Source of the DNA: Gemmatimonadota bacterium | GTDB taxonomy: Bacteria > Gemmatimonadota > Gemmatimonadetes > Palauibacterales > Palauibacteraceae | Direction of reading: 5' to 3' | Length of the DNA: 64,000 nucleotides | Assembly: GCA_965116475.1 (NCBI GenBank) | Contig: OZ220691.1 | Coordinates: 64,001 to 128,000, forward strand | In this document: positions 63,159 to 64,000 of the stretch, in pieces | Layout: every line of letters begins with the position of its first letter | Position numbering within the stretch: the first letter of the stretch is position 1 | Notes under the pieces: model-generated | The model's database searches: none | Told to the model about the DNA's origin: nothing | The model's input: the letters and a program-made list of their open reading frames with translations, nothing else | Translations under genes and position numbers: made by a program

Positions 63159-64000
63159 TCAGCCGTCGGCTTGCTTGGCAAAGGAGTCGAAATGAGCTCG
63201 GATCGCCTCGCCGAACCGGCGCGCCAACAGCACTGGCACGGCGTTCCCAACCTGTGTGGCCATGGAAGCAAAGCTGCCCCTAAACACAAAATCCCGCGGA
63301 AACGTTTGTAAACAGGCAGCCTCTCGTACGCTCAGGGCGCGGTTCTGGATGGGATGGCCGAACCGTCCGTTAGAAAGACTGACGCAGCGGGTGGTAAGGG
63401 TGCTGGCTGGGCGGTGTTTACTCAAGCGACCGTAGACGTCGGTATGCCCGGCGTGGCCCCGGTGGCAAGGAAGAACCAAGTCCTCTGGCCAATCTCTCCG
63501 ATCACCTCCTTCAGGAGTGCTCTCGATACGTCTGAGGTTCAACGGAGAAAGGGCTGCGGCCCGATGGTTGGGCACTTCGTCATCCCTCCCGCCCGCCGGA
63601 ATCGGAGGCAAATCGCCGATCCACTCCCATACTGTGGAGTGCGGAGCCTTACCATGATGCTCGCCGTGTGTAGGAACCGGCAGCGTGAATGGTCCGAGTT
63701 GACTGGCGGTCATCACCAAGCGACGGCGAGTCTGCGGCACTCCGTAGTCGAGAAAATCCACTACATCGTGGGCAACATCGTAGCCAAGCTCACCGAGCAG
63801 GTCGAGAAAACGGCCGATCGGCCCATCGGACGGTTCGATGCGTTGGATGCCGGGGACGTTCTCCAGGAATACGTACTCTGGGCGGAAGCGACGGACGAAC
63901 CTGTGGAGTTCGTCAAGCAGCGATGCTCGAGCGTCGGATTGTGATTTCTTGCGATTCTGTTTGGAGAAGGGCTGACACGGTGCGCAGGCCGAAAACAGGA
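63159..64000 (-). CDS. DNA (cytosine-5)-methyltransferase, 5' end outside the window
   Basis: The frame is open to the window edge: APCQPFS (motif IV), FLENVPG (VI), PQTRRR (VIII), LSVREAACLQTFP (IX) and QVGNAVP (X). Confidence 0.95.
   Translation of the reverse strand, partial: LFSACAPCQPFSKQNRKKSQSDARASLLDELHRFVRRFRPEYVFLENVPGIQRIEPSDGPIGRFLDLLGELGYDVAHDVVDFLDYGVPQTRRRLVMTASQLGPFTLPVPTHGEHHGKAPHSTVWEWIGDLPPIPAGGRDDEVPNHRAAALSPLNLRRIESTPEGGDRRDWPEDLVLPCHRGHAGHTDVYGRLSKHRPASTLTTRCVSLSNGRFGHPIQNRALSVREAACLQTFPRDFVFRGSFASMATQVGNAVPVLLARRFGEAIRAHFDSFAKQADG

Larger units (their letters stand above)
58420..64000. mobile_element. Lower-GC accessory island (continues beyond the right edge)
   Basis: Abrupt fall in GC and loss of the G/C third-position bias from about 58.4 kb, with defence-type cargo. 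No integrase or att site is seen in the window. Confidence 0.6.

Noticed and set aside
63159-63761. Methyltransferase as a truncated 200-aa pseudogene, as the ORF track suggests
   Set aside because: The frame stays open to position 64000 and includes the PCQ and ENV motifs. The gene is simply cut by the window edge.

Overview
This is a high-GC (about 70% by eye) bacterial chromosomal segment, mostly on the minus strand. Gene style and gene content suggest Gemmatimonadota (inference only). From left to right it contains: the 5' half of a complex I operon (nuoA-B-CD-E-F-G-H-I-J') with a Rex/CRP-type operator upstream; dcd; a molybdenum-cofactor cluster (moaD-moaE-moaA) interrupted by a 40-codon secreted-peptide ORF; a long housekeeping run (HU/IHF, sppA, carA, rnhA, secG, tpiA, pgk, gap, comF, aroE, LMW phosphatase, tsaC, ispD, dnaB, UDG, coaBC, rpoZ, gmk, yicC, plug-domain outer-membrane protein, pepA, citrate synthase); envelope and secreted enzymes (ETF-QO, DmpA-type peptidase, cyclophilin, a two-RND efflux operon, a Tat-exported HisC-like aminotransferase, a BNR/VPS10-like protein, a serine hydrolase); and tRNA-Leu(CAA). 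From about 58.4 kb to the window end there is a lower-GC island with a tightly coupled three-gene operon. It encodes a C5 DNA methyltransferase, a MORC/MutL-like GHKL ATPase fused to a complete histidine-kinase module, and a receiver-domain protein with an unexplained C-terminal domain that is possibly PemK/MazF-fold. This putative phosphorelay-controlled restriction-modification/defence system is the most interesting item in the window. Start codons were adjusted by eye from the ORF track, and no database searches were run.
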